Assembly: GCA_964016885.1 (NCBI GenBank)
Contig: OZ024756.1
Span: forward strand, 42,222,001 to 42,286,000
DNA: 64,000 nucleotides
Source of the DNA: Eledone cirrhosa
Lineage: Eukaryota
Direction of reading: 5' to 3'
Position 1 is the first letter of the stretch; every line of letters starts with the position of its first letter. Below the pieces are notes generated by a model. It did no database searches and was not told the origin of the DNA. It saw only the letters and a program-made list of their open reading frames with translations. The position numbers were made by a program, and so were the translations under genes. Of the stretch, positions 1 to 16,409 are shown piece after piece.

Positions 1-275
1 TCTAACTTACTCGGTCCTCAATGTTGCCATTGACTGACCGGCGGTCAAAAATAATACAGATACATGTATATACAGATATATGTGTTTGTCTATATTGTAT
101 CTGTATTATTTTTGACCGCCGGTCAGTCAATGGCAACATTGAGGACCGAGTAAGTTAGATCGCAGATATATATATATAAAAGACAGCGAGAAGCGAAAAC
201 CAACCAAACAGTGAGTGTGTTCTGTTATTAATTCTGGCAATATTACGCAAATATGACCCTCCCCAAATATAACAA
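1..275. mobile_element. Foldback fragment of Penelope-like element 3' UTR/pLTR (cut by window edge)
   Basis: 1-63 is the reverse complement of ~97-158. The sequence matches the 3' end of the element at 2930-3110 and is near-identical to 4908-5182. It runs into (TA)n. Confidence 0.7.
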
Positions 276-370
276 TATATATATATATAAATATATATAT
301 ATATGAATATATATATATATGAATATATATATATATGAATATATATATATATATATAAATATATATATAA

Positions 371-401
<31 letters not shown>

Positions 402-533
402 AATATATATATAAATATATATATATATAAATATATATGAATATATATATATATGAATATATATATATATATATGAATATATATATATATATATGAATAT
501 ATATATATATATATATATGAATATATATATATA

Positions 534-567
<34 letters not shown>

Positions 568-779
568 TATATATATATATATATATGAATATATATATAT
601 ATATATGAATATATATATATATATATGAATATATATATATATATATATGAATATATATATATATGAATATATATATATATATATATATATATGAATATAT
701 ATATATATATATATGAATATATATATATATGAATATATATATATATATATATATATATGAATATATATATATATATATA

Positions 780-833
<54 letters not shown>

Positions 834-895
834 TATATATATATATATATATGAATATATATATATATATATATGAATATATATATATATATATA

Positions 896-929
<34 letters not shown>

Positions 930-985
930 TATATATATATATATATATGAATATATATATATATATATATGAATATATATATATT
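276..985. repeat. (TA)n microsatellite with periodic TGAA interruptions
   Basis: Directly visible. Confidence 0.98.
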
Positions 986-1042
986 ATAAAAATTATAAAA
1001 AATAAACCAAAGAAGCCTTCAATACATCAAAAGTCTTTATTA

Positions 1043-1080
1043 GCCAACAATGTTTCGTCCCATTAAGGACTCATCAGGGC
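1043..1080 (-). ncRNA. Minimal type I hammerhead ribozyme
   Basis: Minus strand gcc-CTGATGA-GTCC-ttaatg-GGAC-GAAAC-att-GTT-ggc: intact core, helix II GTCC/GGAC, helix I gcc/ggc, GUU cleavage triplet. Confidence 0.8.
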
Positions 1081-1959
1081 AAGTAAAGCTACAAGAAGCA
1101 CTATCGGCCAATACAAGCCAAAAACTCAGAAGAATATGGAGTATACATCTATTAAAGCTTAGGAAAGATATCAAGGAAAAGTTGGCTAAGATTAAGAGTG
1201 AGCAGTTACAAACATAGATATAGACCAAATAGCAAGGAAGTGATTAACATGTTGAACCCACATTGTAAATATTGTATAATGCAAAAACTTGAAACACAAA
1301 TGGTAATATAATGCGAGAATTACAGTACGATATAGAATATAATATAGTATAATATATGGTGATAATAAAAAGCTTAATATATGTATATATATATATCTAT
1401 ACATATACACATTAGTACAAACACAAACTAACACTTATTAAGTATTTAAATATATATATATATATTGTTTACAGTATAATATAATAAAGATAAAGATAAG
1501 AATAAAGATAAAAATAAAAATAAAATATAATATATAATTCCCTGTCAGTGTGCATAAACAATATAGAAACATTATAATAACATTATAATAACAATATTAT
1601 AATATATTGGCATCAAAAGATATACAAAATTACATCATGTATATAATTCAAGGTTAACAAATAGTATAAAGTTTTACACAGGGTAAGAAAAAAAATCATA
1701 TAGAACTAAATTGTGTTGAAATAAATATATATATATATATGAATATATATATATATGGTTATATTTGGGGAGGGTCATATTTGCGTAATATTGCCAGAAT
1801 TAATAACAGAACACACTCACTGTTTGGTTGGTTTTCGCTTCTCGCTGTCTTTTATATCTGCGGTCTAACTTACTCGGTCCTCAATGTTGCCATTGACTGA
1901 CCGATGGTCAAAAATAATACAGATACAATATAGACACAAACACATATATAGTTTACATA

Positions 1960-2005
1960 ATTTACATAAATCTTTCGTTGCACATCTGCAACATCGTCAG
2001 TGGTG
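1960..2005 (-). ncRNA. Hammerhead ribozyme core in the left arm of the PLE palindrome
   Basis: CTGACGA-t-GTTGCA-gatg-TGCAAC-GAAAGATTTA; helix I is weak. Confidence 0.6.
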
Positions 2006-2265
2006 TTATATTCATTGTTCCTCCTGTTGTGTTGTATGTCTACGCCATTTTTTTTTGTTCAGTCTGTCTATATATTTATTTATTTATTTATTTGCTTGTT
2101 TGTTTATCTTATTTTATTTTGTCTTCTTTGCGCATGCGTTTGCGTGTGTGTATAGTGTTATGTGTGATGTGTGACTAGTGTGTATAGTGTTGTGTCTGCT
2201 GGGTGACTAGTGTGTGTTTATGTGCTTGTTGTTATTGTGCTTGTGTATGTATTTATTTATCTTAT

Positions 2266-2579
2266 ATACTTGCAGAAACATGACAACAACATACATAGGT
2301 GAGACAGCTCGTAGCATAGGTGAAAGGATAGACCAACACTGGGGGGAACTAAAAGGACGAAAAAACGGGTCAGTACTATACGAACATGCTAGACAACAAC
2401 ATGACGGTAACATAGACAACATAGAAATTAGAATAATATCTAAACATAGGAATGACCCAGCAGATAGGCAAATCAGAGAGGCCAGTGAAATAGAAATTAG
2501 AAGACCAAAGCTAAACAGAAAGAATGAGTGGAACAACAACAACACCGAAACAAACAACACTGACCTAAGAGAAGTATAA
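2266..2579 (+). pseudogene. GIY-YIG endonuclease domain fragment of a Penelope-like element
   Basis: YIGETARSIGERIDQH...LYEHARQQH...RQIREASEIEIRRPKLNRKNEW matches the PLE endonuclease pattern (YIGET..R..H, H..H, R..E, PxLN). The GIY half and the RT are absent. An ATG at 2280 would give a 99-aa product. Confidence 0.85.
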
Positions 2580-2862
2580 ATAAGTAAATAAAATAAAATA
2601 AAATAAGATAAATAAATACATACACAAGCACAATAACAACAAGCACATAAACACACACTAGTCACCCAGCAGACACAACACTATACACACTAGTCACACA
2701 TCACACATAACACTATACACACACGCAAACGCATGCGCAAAGAAGACAAAATAAAATAAGATAAACAAACAAGCAAATAAATAAATAAATAAATATATAG
2801 ACAGACTGAACAAAAAAAATGGCGTAGACATACAACACAACAGGAGGAACAATGAATATAAC

Positions 2863-2905
2863 ACCACTGACGATGTTGCAGATGTGCAACAAAAGATTTA
2901 TGTAA
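2863..2905 (+). ncRNA. Hammerhead core in the right arm, GAAA mutated to AAAA
   Basis: CTGACGA-t-GTTGCA-gatg-TGCAAC-AAAAG; position 2891 differs from the left arm. Confidence 0.5.
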
Positions 2906-3170
2906 ATTATGTAAACTATATATGTGTTTGTGTCTATATTGTATCTGTATTATTTTTGACCGTCGGTCAGTCAATGGCAACATTGAGGACCGAGTAAGTT
3001 AGACCGCAGATATAAAAGACAGCGAGAAGCGAAAACCAACCAAACAGTGAGTGTGTTCTGTTATTAATTCTGGCAATATTACGCAAATATGACCCTCCCC
3101 AAATATAACAATATCTGTTTCGACACACGATTTCATATAAAAAACCTCGCAAAACTAATTCATCGCCGCT

Positions 3171-4746
<1,576 letters not shown>

Positions 4747-5185
4747 AGTTTTGCGAGGTTTTTTATATGAAATCGTGTGTCGAAACAGATATTGTTATAT
4801 TTGGGGAGGGTCATATTTGCGTAATATTGCCAGAATTAATAACAGAACACACTCACTGTTTGGTTGGTTTTCGCTTCTCGCTGTCTTTTATATATATATA
4901 TCTGCGATCTAACTTACTCGGTCCTCAATGTTGCCATTGACTGACCGGCGGTCAAAAATAATACAGATACATGTATATACAGATATATGTGTTTGTCTAT
5001 ATTGTATCTGTATTATTTTTGACCGCCGGTCAGTCAATGGCAACATTGAGGACCGAGTAAGTTAGATCGCAGATATATATATATAAAAGACAGCGAGAAG
5101 CGAAAACCAACCAAACAGTGAGTGTGTTCTGTTATTAATTCTGGCAATATTACGCAAATATGACCCTCCCCAAATATAACAATAT
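4747..5185. mobile_element. Foldback of the same PLE 3' terminus
   Basis: Arms ~4790-4970 and ~5005-5185 are inverted and match 2935-3160. Confidence 0.75.
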
Positions 5186-8200
<3,015 letters not shown>

Positions 8201-8270
8201 AGTATATGAAAGCAATATGTATGATTATGGTTTTGTAATTCTAGGGCCTATTTTAGGGACCAGTTCTGGG

Positions 8271-8787
8271 TTAATACAAATGCCAAGAATCATTATCTGA
8301 AATATAATGCTGAGCGTTTGAATGGTGTTTGGCATTTTTATATCTGTTCTTTCGAGTATAATCCTCTTTTTGGAAAGGTTTGTTTAAAGTAGTGAGGCTG
8401 CGAGATTGATAAATACGTCCAGGAAACCTTGACACAGAACTACCCGAAATATGTGGATCATAATAAGAATAAGAACTACTTAGATGCATATCATCAAAGT
8501 GGCTGGACACGGCCCTCAGGTAGTTAGCGTTTGGTGATTGCCGAGAAATATTACTGGACGTAGGATGGAAGATTCTGTTTGGGCTAATTGGGTCAGATCG
8601 TGAAGTCGTTGTGGATTTGTGATACAATATCTGAGGCTGTGAGGAACTTAAATGCCTCATAGTACTTGGTGATCTTGGATAGTTGTGACCATAAGCTCCA
8701 TAATCACTGTTAGCAAAAGATGGAGAGATATGTTCCGAACTGTAAGCTCTGCTCATATGAAAGGGTCTCTCAGGATAAAAGTCCACG
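8271..8787 (-). CDS. HHD-PDZ-PDZ protein, exon 7 (terminal, Ser/His/Tyr-rich tail)
   Basis: Acceptor tattttcag|C. Phase 2 matches exon 6 (GG+C). Open to TAA at 8271. Confidence 0.8.
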
Positions 8788-8908
8788 CTGAAAATATAGA
8801 GTGTAAAACAGACTTAATAAGATGAAAACATTTTATAACACAGAAGTTGTTTGTGTGGAAATGTCAAAATATTTTGAGAATTTATAATATAGTTCTACAT
8901 TTGATATA

Positions 8909-8960
<52 letters not shown>

Positions 8961-9811
8961 ATTAGAAAGTGACCAACACAAAATATAACTACTCCATTAC
9001 CAAAGGTTTCTGGATCACATAGAGCACTCCTTTTTCTTTTGGAATTACCTAACACACACACAGATATATATATATATATAATCATCATCATCATCATCGT
9101 TTAATGTCTATCGGGTGACCGTTTATCGACTATATATTTAATAAAAAACAATCCCATTGAAGTAATACAACTGAGACAACGCGTGTCTAGCTGATGATAC
9201 AACATATATGGGTTAAACATTCTGGAGAAGTAATGTAGCGTATGTCCTGACATTGAAGATATTCTATTATGTTCACACCCTCATCTGAGTCACTAAAGTT
9301 TGAGAGAAAAAATGTGGATCACAAAGAAACATTCATCTCATGTAAACCGTAACTTTCGCTTCCTAGACACAACGGAAATTCAGTATTCTGGGAAATTCAG
9401 TATTTTATAAAAAAAGGATTTTATAAAAATTTGTCTTACATGTTGGGGGAAAAAACAGTACTATATATATATATATATAAAAATACACACACACACATAT
9501 ATATATAGTAATAATAATAAATGTGAAGACTAAAATCCAAAGTGGGCTCGATAAGGAAAATATATATCAGTTTCAGAAGATCTCGTTAAGGATGAAAGCA
9601 GCGATTCTTTGCTTAAATTTTAATTTGTTATTTTAATATATATATATATGCATATGTTTATTTTCTTTTTGAAAAAATCGTTAATTTTCATTTGTATGAG
9701 CTGAATTCTGACATGATTTCTGAAACATTTGTAAGCCATTAAATATATTTGTTCAAGAATGTGGTATTGTTTTCTCTAACATTTAATCTCTCTCTCTCTC
9801 TCTCTCTCTCT

Positions 9812-9879
<68 letters not shown>

Positions 9880-10608
9880 AACTAGAAAATGAAATAGCAT
9901 GAAGACTAAGGATAAAAAGAGAGAAATAAAATAGTTATATGTGTTAAAACTAGTTGAACAACTATTTAATATAGTGAGAAACAATACCAATGCTAGGCAG
10001 AGCATTAATTACCAACTTGTCCTATAACTAGATTTAACGTGACTCATTTATAAACAATTTAATTCTTGTTCTCATTAATAAGACCAAGATTTTTAATAAT
10101 CTGATTTTTTATTTCATTACTGTTACATATTAAGTGATTTTCTTTAAAATTGTGGTTCTGTGCTGTTTTTCTTTTGTTTGTCTATATAAATATACATGAT
10201 TTGTTTTGTGTTTTAATTAATTTCGTTAGACCAAATATTTTTGATATCATCATCATCACCGTTTTATGTCCATTTCCCCACGCTAGCATGGGTTAGATGA
10301 GTTGTCCTGTTGTGGGCAATGCTAGGTGAGGTGACCATGTCTTACAGAACTGATTTTGGCTTGGTTTCTACAGCTGGATGCCCTCCCTAACGCCAACCTC
10401 ATATACCGTGTGGACTGGGTGCTTTTTTGTCGCGACACCTACATATATTGTTATACTTTAGTATAACAATGCACTACTGTGTTTTTATTGGTAGCATGAT
10501 CCTCCCAAAGTATAACAATATCTGTTTCAACACATGTTATCACATCAAAGATCTTGCAAAACAAATACAAACATATATCACATACATATATATACACAGT
10601 TTACATAC

Positions 10609-10745
10609 CCTGATTTCATGGTAGAAAATGCCAGCTCATTGCCACCATGTTGAGACTTTCCTATTTGAAGTTTCACCTTTTTCGATGAAGTCATAAGTGA
10701 TATGATTTGTTTTTCTGTCAGTAAACTAACATCAATTCCATCAAT
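10609..10745 (-). CDS. HHD-PDZ-PDZ protein, exon 6 (end of PDZ2)
   Basis: tttttccacag|IDGIDVSLLTEKQIISLMTSSKKVKLQI...|gtatgt; 137 nt, phase 0 to 2. Confidence 0.88.
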
Positions 10746-11249
10746 CTGTGGAAAAATAAATCAATAAATAATTATTTCTAATCCCGGTACAGGGCCAACA
10801 ATTTGTGAGAAAGGAATTATTTAACCCCCAGATCATGTCCGGTTCTTCATTTAATCAACTTTGGAAGGATGAAAGTCAAAGTTGGCTTCAATAGGATTTG
10901 AGCTGAGAAAATTATAGTCAAAAGATTTGATGAAACTTCCTGCTAGCAAGGGTTGGACAGGTCTACATAGACAAAGTCAGTACTGAAACAGAGCCATTGA
11001 TTTCCCTGGTAGGCTAGGGATCTGTGTCTTGCTTATGTATGGTCAACGCTCCACCGAGTGCACAGGAGAGGTTGTTAAATCTTTGACACAACTCAAGGTC
11101 CACCTGACCCTTTGTCTGGCAAGATTTCTATGGCTGGATGCCCTTCCTATCACCAACACTAGGGAGGTTGTCATGTCTTTGAAACAACTGAGGGTCTTCT
11201 CAACCCTTTGTCTGGCAAGCTTTCTATGGCTGGGGGCCCTTCATTTCCC

Positions 11250-11720
11250 CAACACTGGGGAGGGTGTCATGTAGATCAACACTGGGAAGGGTGTCATGTA
11301 GATCACCAACACTGGGAAGGGTGTCATGTAGATCACCAACACTGGGAAGGGTGTCATGTAGATCACCAACACTTGGGAGGGTGTCATGTAGATCACCAAT
11401 ACTAGGGAGTGTGTCATGTAGATCACCAACACTGGGAAGGGTGTCATGTAGATCACCAACACTGGGAAGGGTGTCATGTAGATCACCAACACTTGGGAGG
11501 GTGTCATGTAGATCACCAATACTAGGGAGGGTGTCATGTAGATCACCAATACTTGGGAGGGTGTCATGTAGATCACCAACACTAGGGAGGGTGTCATGTA
11601 GATCACCAATACTAGGGAGGGTGTCATGTAGATCACCAATACTTGGGAGGGTGTCATGTAGATCACCAATACTAGGGAGGGTGTCTTGTATATCACCAAC
11701 ACTTGGGAGGGTTTCATGTC
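11250..11720. repeat. 30-bp minisatellite (caccaacactgggaagggtgtcatgtagat), ~15 copies, intronic
   Basis: Directly visible. Confidence 0.95.
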
Positions 11721-11788
11721 CTAGACACGACTGAGAAGTGGTCTTCCCAACCATTTGTTATATAAATGTAGTAATATGTGAGAGTCAC

Positions 11789-11885
11789 CTTGAGAATATG
11801 ATCCCCGACATTTAAACCAGCATTGCTGGCCGGAGAATTAGCCATAACTTTCTTCACTATCACTTCATTTCCTGCAAATCCATCT
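11789..11885 (-). CDS. HHD-PDZ-PDZ protein, exon 5 (PDZ2 middle)
   Basis: tttacacag|(R)DGFAGNEVIVKKVMANSPASNAGLNVGDHILK|gtgact; 97 nt, phase 2 to 0. Confidence 0.9.
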
Positions 11886-12167
11886 CTGTGTAAAGAATAA
11901 AGTGAAGAATGGTGTTTAGGATGATGTAATCTGAACCAGAGAAACATACATACAGGGTGTATATGGACTTATATACACCCTGTTTATCTATAATAATTAT
12001 ATTGTATATATACACTATATATACACTGTGTTTATCTATATTAAATATATACATTATAAATACATCCTGTTTATCTATAATAATCATATTGTATATATAC
12101 ACTATATATACACTGTGTTTATCTATGATAAATATATTGTATATATACACTATATATACACTAGGTT

Positions 12168-12270
12168 CATTTAAACAGCATTACTGGCAGTAGAATTAGC
12201 CAGTACTCTCTTCACTATGACTTTATTTCCTGTAAATTCATCCAAAGTTACACAGAATACACGGAAGAAT
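12168..12270 (-). pseudogene. Decayed duplicate of PDZ exon 5
   Basis: Reads DEFTGNKVIVKRVLANSTASNA versus DGFAGNEVIVKKVMANSPASNA; 1-nt deletion then stop, acceptor AG lost. Confidence 0.8.
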
Positions 12271-12313
12271 TCAGTAAATAAGAATACGGTGCATAAAATC
12301 CAGAATATCTCAC

Positions 12314-12428
12314 CTGGTAATAACACAACCAATACGACCTTGAGGTGAAGGGTAAATAATGGTACTTTTTTCTTCCTTATTTTCCTGATGTAGTGAATGG
12401 CTTAGCCCCTCCCTCTGACTGCCTGCAA
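12314..12428 (-). CDS. HHD-PDZ-PDZ protein, exon 4 (PDZ2 start)
   Basis: ttatttcag|AGSQREGLSH...TIIYPSPQGRIGCVIT(R)|gtgaga; phase 1 to 2. The acceptor is ambiguous because there are four tandem copies. Confidence 0.8.
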
Positions 12429-12625
12429 CTGAAATAATAAAAATGAGAGGAGGAGTTTGGCTGGGCACCTCCCCCTGATTGCATGCAACTGAAATAATGA
12501 AAATGAGAGGAGTTTGGCTTGGGCCCTCCCTCTGATTACCTCTAACTGAACTAATGAAAGTGAGAGGAGGAGTTTGCTTTGGCCCCTCCCTCTGATTACC
12601 AGTAACTGAATTAATGAAAATGAGA
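12405..12625 (-). repeat. ~60-bp tandem repeat x4 spanning the exon 4 splice acceptor
   Basis: AG dinucleotides at 12429, 12489, 12546, 12606. Confidence 0.9.
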
Positions 12626-12799
12626 AGTCAGAAGGACATGGGTCGTAGTTTGAAAAATCAAAAAGTTTAGTTGAAGTAATACTGAAAGCTGTTAAAAGTT
12701 GAACAAAGTATAAGTGACCCTTATGGTGTGTGGCCCATTGAGGCACCTAGAGTTGTCATGTCCTACTGATGGATTTCTATTTAATCTTATATATTTGTT

Positions 12800-12962
12800 G
12801 GTGTTAGGAAGGGTATCCAGCCGTAGAATCCAAGCCCAAATCGGTTCTGTATGAGAAAGACATGGTCATCTGACCTCGACTTGCCTCAAATGGGACAACC
12901 CGTCTAACCCATGCTAGCATGGAAAAAATGTATGTTAAATGATGATGATGATGATGATGATA
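12800..12962 (+). mobile_element. SINE 3' portion with RTE-type tail ending (GAT)n
   Basis: ggtgttaggaagggtatccagccgtag...catgctagcatgg...gatgatgat; siblings at 10250-10440(-), 28700-28822, 37430-37660, 47085-47270, 48640-48883. Confidence 0.75.
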
Positions 12963-13296
12963 ATCAAATTTGTTATTGGGATGTTAAGGTATATTGTTTC
13001 TTTTAAGAAAAACTATACCCTAACATCTATAGTTTGTTCAACAGCTTTTAGGATGAGATCAACTAAAATTTCTGCTTTTTCTAACTTCGACTCCAGTCCC
13101 CCTCACTGTTAACTGACTCTGTTCCTGGAATTACAAAAAAGACCACAAATCTTTAGCAATTCATTGAGAAAGGTCTTAAAATACTGAGAACTTTGAATAA
13201 AATACTATCCTTTAATTCTTTATATGCATTGTTTGGGTCTCTAATCATTTCAAATTATGTCATCAATTAAAAATATTAAACGTTCTTAATACTTAC

Positions 13297-13420
13297 ATGA
13301 AGAATCAACTAAAATATTTAATTCAGTTGCCAAGAGCATGATTTTCACAGCAGCTTCATGAGTTAAATATCTAAAATCCTGGCCATTTACATCTAAAATG
13401 AGGTCCCCTCGTTGTAATCC
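13297..13420 (-). CDS. HHD-PDZ-PDZ protein, exon 3 (end of PDZ1)
   Basis: tttccacag|GLQRGDLILDVNGQDFRYLTHEAAVKIM...|gtaagt; 124 nt, phase 0 to 1. Confidence 0.92.
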
Positions 13421-13553
13421 CTGTGGAAATAAATATGACAAAACAAAGTTAAAGAAATCCTACAGGAGAAGTCCTGTTACATAGGTGCAGGTTGTTCTGT
13501 TGATCGAATCACCTAGAACACTCATCGTCGTAACCGATGGAACGTCAGTAGTA

Positions 13554-13758
13554 TACGAGTGTCAGCTGAAAAGTTCATAGGCTGACTATGAAGGAGTAAT
13601 GCTAGAGCTGCGAAATTGTCCATGCATTAATTTCAACTCTTCTTATTCAACTCAACTGTATTGTTTCTTTCCAGGGACTATGTTGAAAATTAAACCTCAT
13701 TTGGTCATTCCATGAGAGTATCTTGGTCAGCCTATGAACTTCTCAGCCGACACACATA
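13554..13758. mobile_element. Mariner-type MITE
   Basis: TIRs ctgaaaagttcataggctgac / gtcagcctatgaacttctcag with TA flanks; siblings at 13992-14183, 31020-31215, 63528-63729. Confidence 0.8.
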
Positions 13759-13850
13759 TATATGTAAAAGGTAAACAGAAATAACAACACAATCGGTACA
13801 GTATATGGAAGGGATATATTAAGTTAATGCTTGATATAGCAGGAAGAGGG

Positions 13851-13886
13851 TCTTAACGTTTCGGGCACTAGTCCTTCATCAGAAGA
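13851..13886 (-). ncRNA. Minimal hammerhead ribozyme
   Basis: tctt-CTGATGA-aggactagtgccc-GAAACGTT-aaga; palindromic helix III AACGTT. Confidence 0.65.
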
Positions 13887-14972
13887 AAGAATGAGAAATA
13901 AGATAGATTGAGGGGACGGGTGAGGTGGAATTGGGAAAAATGTCTTTAGATAAAAATAACAGGTCCATTCATGTTGACATCTCATATATACACGAGTGTC
14001 GGTTAAAAGTTAATAGGCTGACTATAAAGGAGTGATGCTAGAGCTGTGCAATCTTGCATGCATTAATTTCACTTCATTGTTTCTTTCCAGGGACTATGTT
14101 GACAAAAACCTCCCCTAAAAAACCTCATTTGGTGATTCCATGAGAGTACCTTGTTTAGCCTATGAATTTTTCAGTCGACTCTCCCCCGTATAATGAAAAC
14201 CTGGTTAAATTGACACAGCTGCAGTTATGTGGGTGGGGAAAACCTGTTGGGTGGCATGTAAGATCTTAGAGTGACGCCCATACTGTGTAAACATGTTTAT
14301 TGAAGTTGTACAGAGTCGTGGTTAGCACCAGTAGCTAATCTCTTATCTGACATTGTTCAACACAATTACAACTGTTTCAATAAAGGAATGGACTTCCACC
14401 AGTTTCAACGACGACTGTCTCAAGCTGTTCAATCAACAGAACAACCAGCTCCTAAAAGTTAACGTCTCAGAGGCCCAGCATTCGTTTTTACAGGACACCT
14501 GTACCGCTGACGTAAGGAACTGGCTGCACGGTTGCTGAGTTTAAGAGATCCAAATATGGATTTGACTGCACACATACACACACGTACACATACACACACA
14601 CAGACACATACGCACACACGTACGCATACACACACATATTTATTCCGATGTTTTAAGGAATCTGTCAACCCAAGAAAAAGAAGAAAGAGGACGATGAAGG
14701 AAAAAGAGAAGAAGATGATAGAGAAGAGAGGACGAAAAAGACGGAGAAAAAGAAGGTAAAAAGACGACGAAAAAGCAGACGGAAAAGAAAAAGAAAAAAG
14801 AAGTTAAAGAAGAAGAAAACAAAGAAGAAGAAGAAAAATGTGAAGAAGAAAGCAAAGAAGAAGAAGGTGAAGATGGGGGAATACGAGAGAAAACTACTGA
14901 TGCCATATTAGAATAATATTTCTTGTGATTTGATGGAGAAAGAAGAAGAAGAAATAAAAGATGGCTACTTAC

Positions 14973-15869
14973 TTGTTGATCTGCTAAACTTCCTTCTTCA
15001 ACCCAATCCACTGTTATTGGAGAGTTTTTGTCGACACCACCTTTTAGAGACAACCCTAAACTGCTGTTCCCACTTTGTCGCACCATATGGACACGATGTG
15101 TCATTTTCCCAAGTTCTCCAGAATTACCAGGGATTTTGCTAATAGATAAACTTTTATCTTCATATACTGTGATCTCATCTGTTCTCTGGCGAGGTCCGTT
15201 GTTAAAATTACGTCCTGAAGATCTTCTGGAATCTGTTCTTAAGTCTGTTTCTTGCCAGTTTCTCATATTGTTAACGTCTTCGAACTTTCTGTGGGATCTT
15301 GGAGAAAAGCTATTATCTAAAAAGACATTCTCAACAGCATCATCAAATTCGTCGTAAGATTTACTACTGTTCTGCAGTGAGGTCGATCGATGGCTGTGTC
15401 GTAAATCCGGGGAGTGACTAATAATCAGCTTCTTCATGTTACCTTGTGAGACGATACGTGTCTTACCTGACGAATCTTGAGCGATAACACGTGACCTCTC
15501 AATCCTCGGCATCGTACCTGGACGACAAGCTTGAAGTGCTTGACTATAATTGGTAAACTCTAGTGAACAAATACGATGGAAGTCGCCTGCTAGATGGTTG
15601 GGTACGAGATAACTCATTTCTACCAGCAACACCAGACGTTCGGGTGTATTAATAAGTGGCTTTAATCGTGTACATAACATTGGTACAGAATGATTACGTT
15701 GAAATTCCGTAAAGAAATATTTAAATTGTTTGTTTTCATTTTCGTTAAGTAGTTTCTGTGAAAGCTGCCACAGAACAAGTTCTGAATGTCGTTGTTCCAT
15801 GTCTACCGTGGAATAAGTCTTCTTGAGAGGTTTCTGGAACTTCTTCTTTAGATAACGGATTAGTTGGAT
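14973..15869 (-). CDS. HHD-PDZ-PDZ protein (whirlin/harmonin/PDZD7-like), exon 2: harmonin-N-like domain plus PDZ1 start
   Basis: tttctttag acceptor, gtaagt donor, 897 nt, phase 0/0. LLNENE..F...L..L.PLINTPERLVLL (harmonin-N-like) and SLGLSLKGG..PITVDWVEEGSLA (PDZ). Confidence 0.9.
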
Positions 15870-16110
15870 CTAAAGAAAAAAGAGAGAGAAAGAAAAGAAA
15901 GAAAGAAATATATATATAAAACACATAATTACTGTTTTTTCCGGTGTCTAAAACGTACGTTTTTTTTTCTTCTTTAACCCTCCCCCCAACAAATTTGACA
16001 TCAAAATATGTCTTTAACCACCACCACTACACCATCACCACCACCACCAATACAACTACCACCACTACTACAACAAATACCACTACGACATCTAGATTAA
16101 TTTATATAGA

Positions 16111-16340
16111 GTTACCGAGAGGTAGATTCCTAGTAAAGTAATCTAAAATAAAACATCTTCCTCCTGAATCTCTCTTACTACAATTTCAATTATCAAGAAA
16201 CAGCATTGACCGTTTCAATCGATTGTTTTGATTTATTGAAAGGGTCAATATTGTTTCTTGATACTTGAAACTCTAGTAAGAGAGATTCATTTAGATTACT
16301 AGGAATTATTTTAGATTACTAGGAATCTACCCATCGGTAA
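16111..16340. mobile_element. Foldback/MITE-like element
   Basis: gttaccgagaggtagattcctagtaa ... ttactaggaatctacccatcggtaac, plus inner inverted segments. Confidence 0.6.
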
Positions 16341-16349
16341 CTTTTCGCA

Positions 16350-16390
<41 letters not shown>

Positions 16391-16409
16391 GTATTATACA
16401 CACATACAC

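Larger units (their letters stand above)
1758..3170 (+). mobile_element. 5'-truncated Penelope-like retroelement 3' end with an inverted copy of its 3' UTR/pLTR
   Basis: Arms 1758-2265 and 2603-3109 are near-perfect inverted repeats around a GIY-YIG ORF fragment, with a hammerhead core in each arm and (TA)n on both flanks. Confidence 0.8.

Noticed and set aside
2270-2300. Possible selenocysteine TGA in the EN zinc-finger region (as in Naiad PLEs)
   Set aside because: The TGA in tgcagaaacatgaca is out of frame with YIGET, and no SECIS was identified
14640-14972. C-terminal S/F-rich part of the 386-aa ORF
   Set aside because: Intron read-through past the GTAAGT donor at 14972
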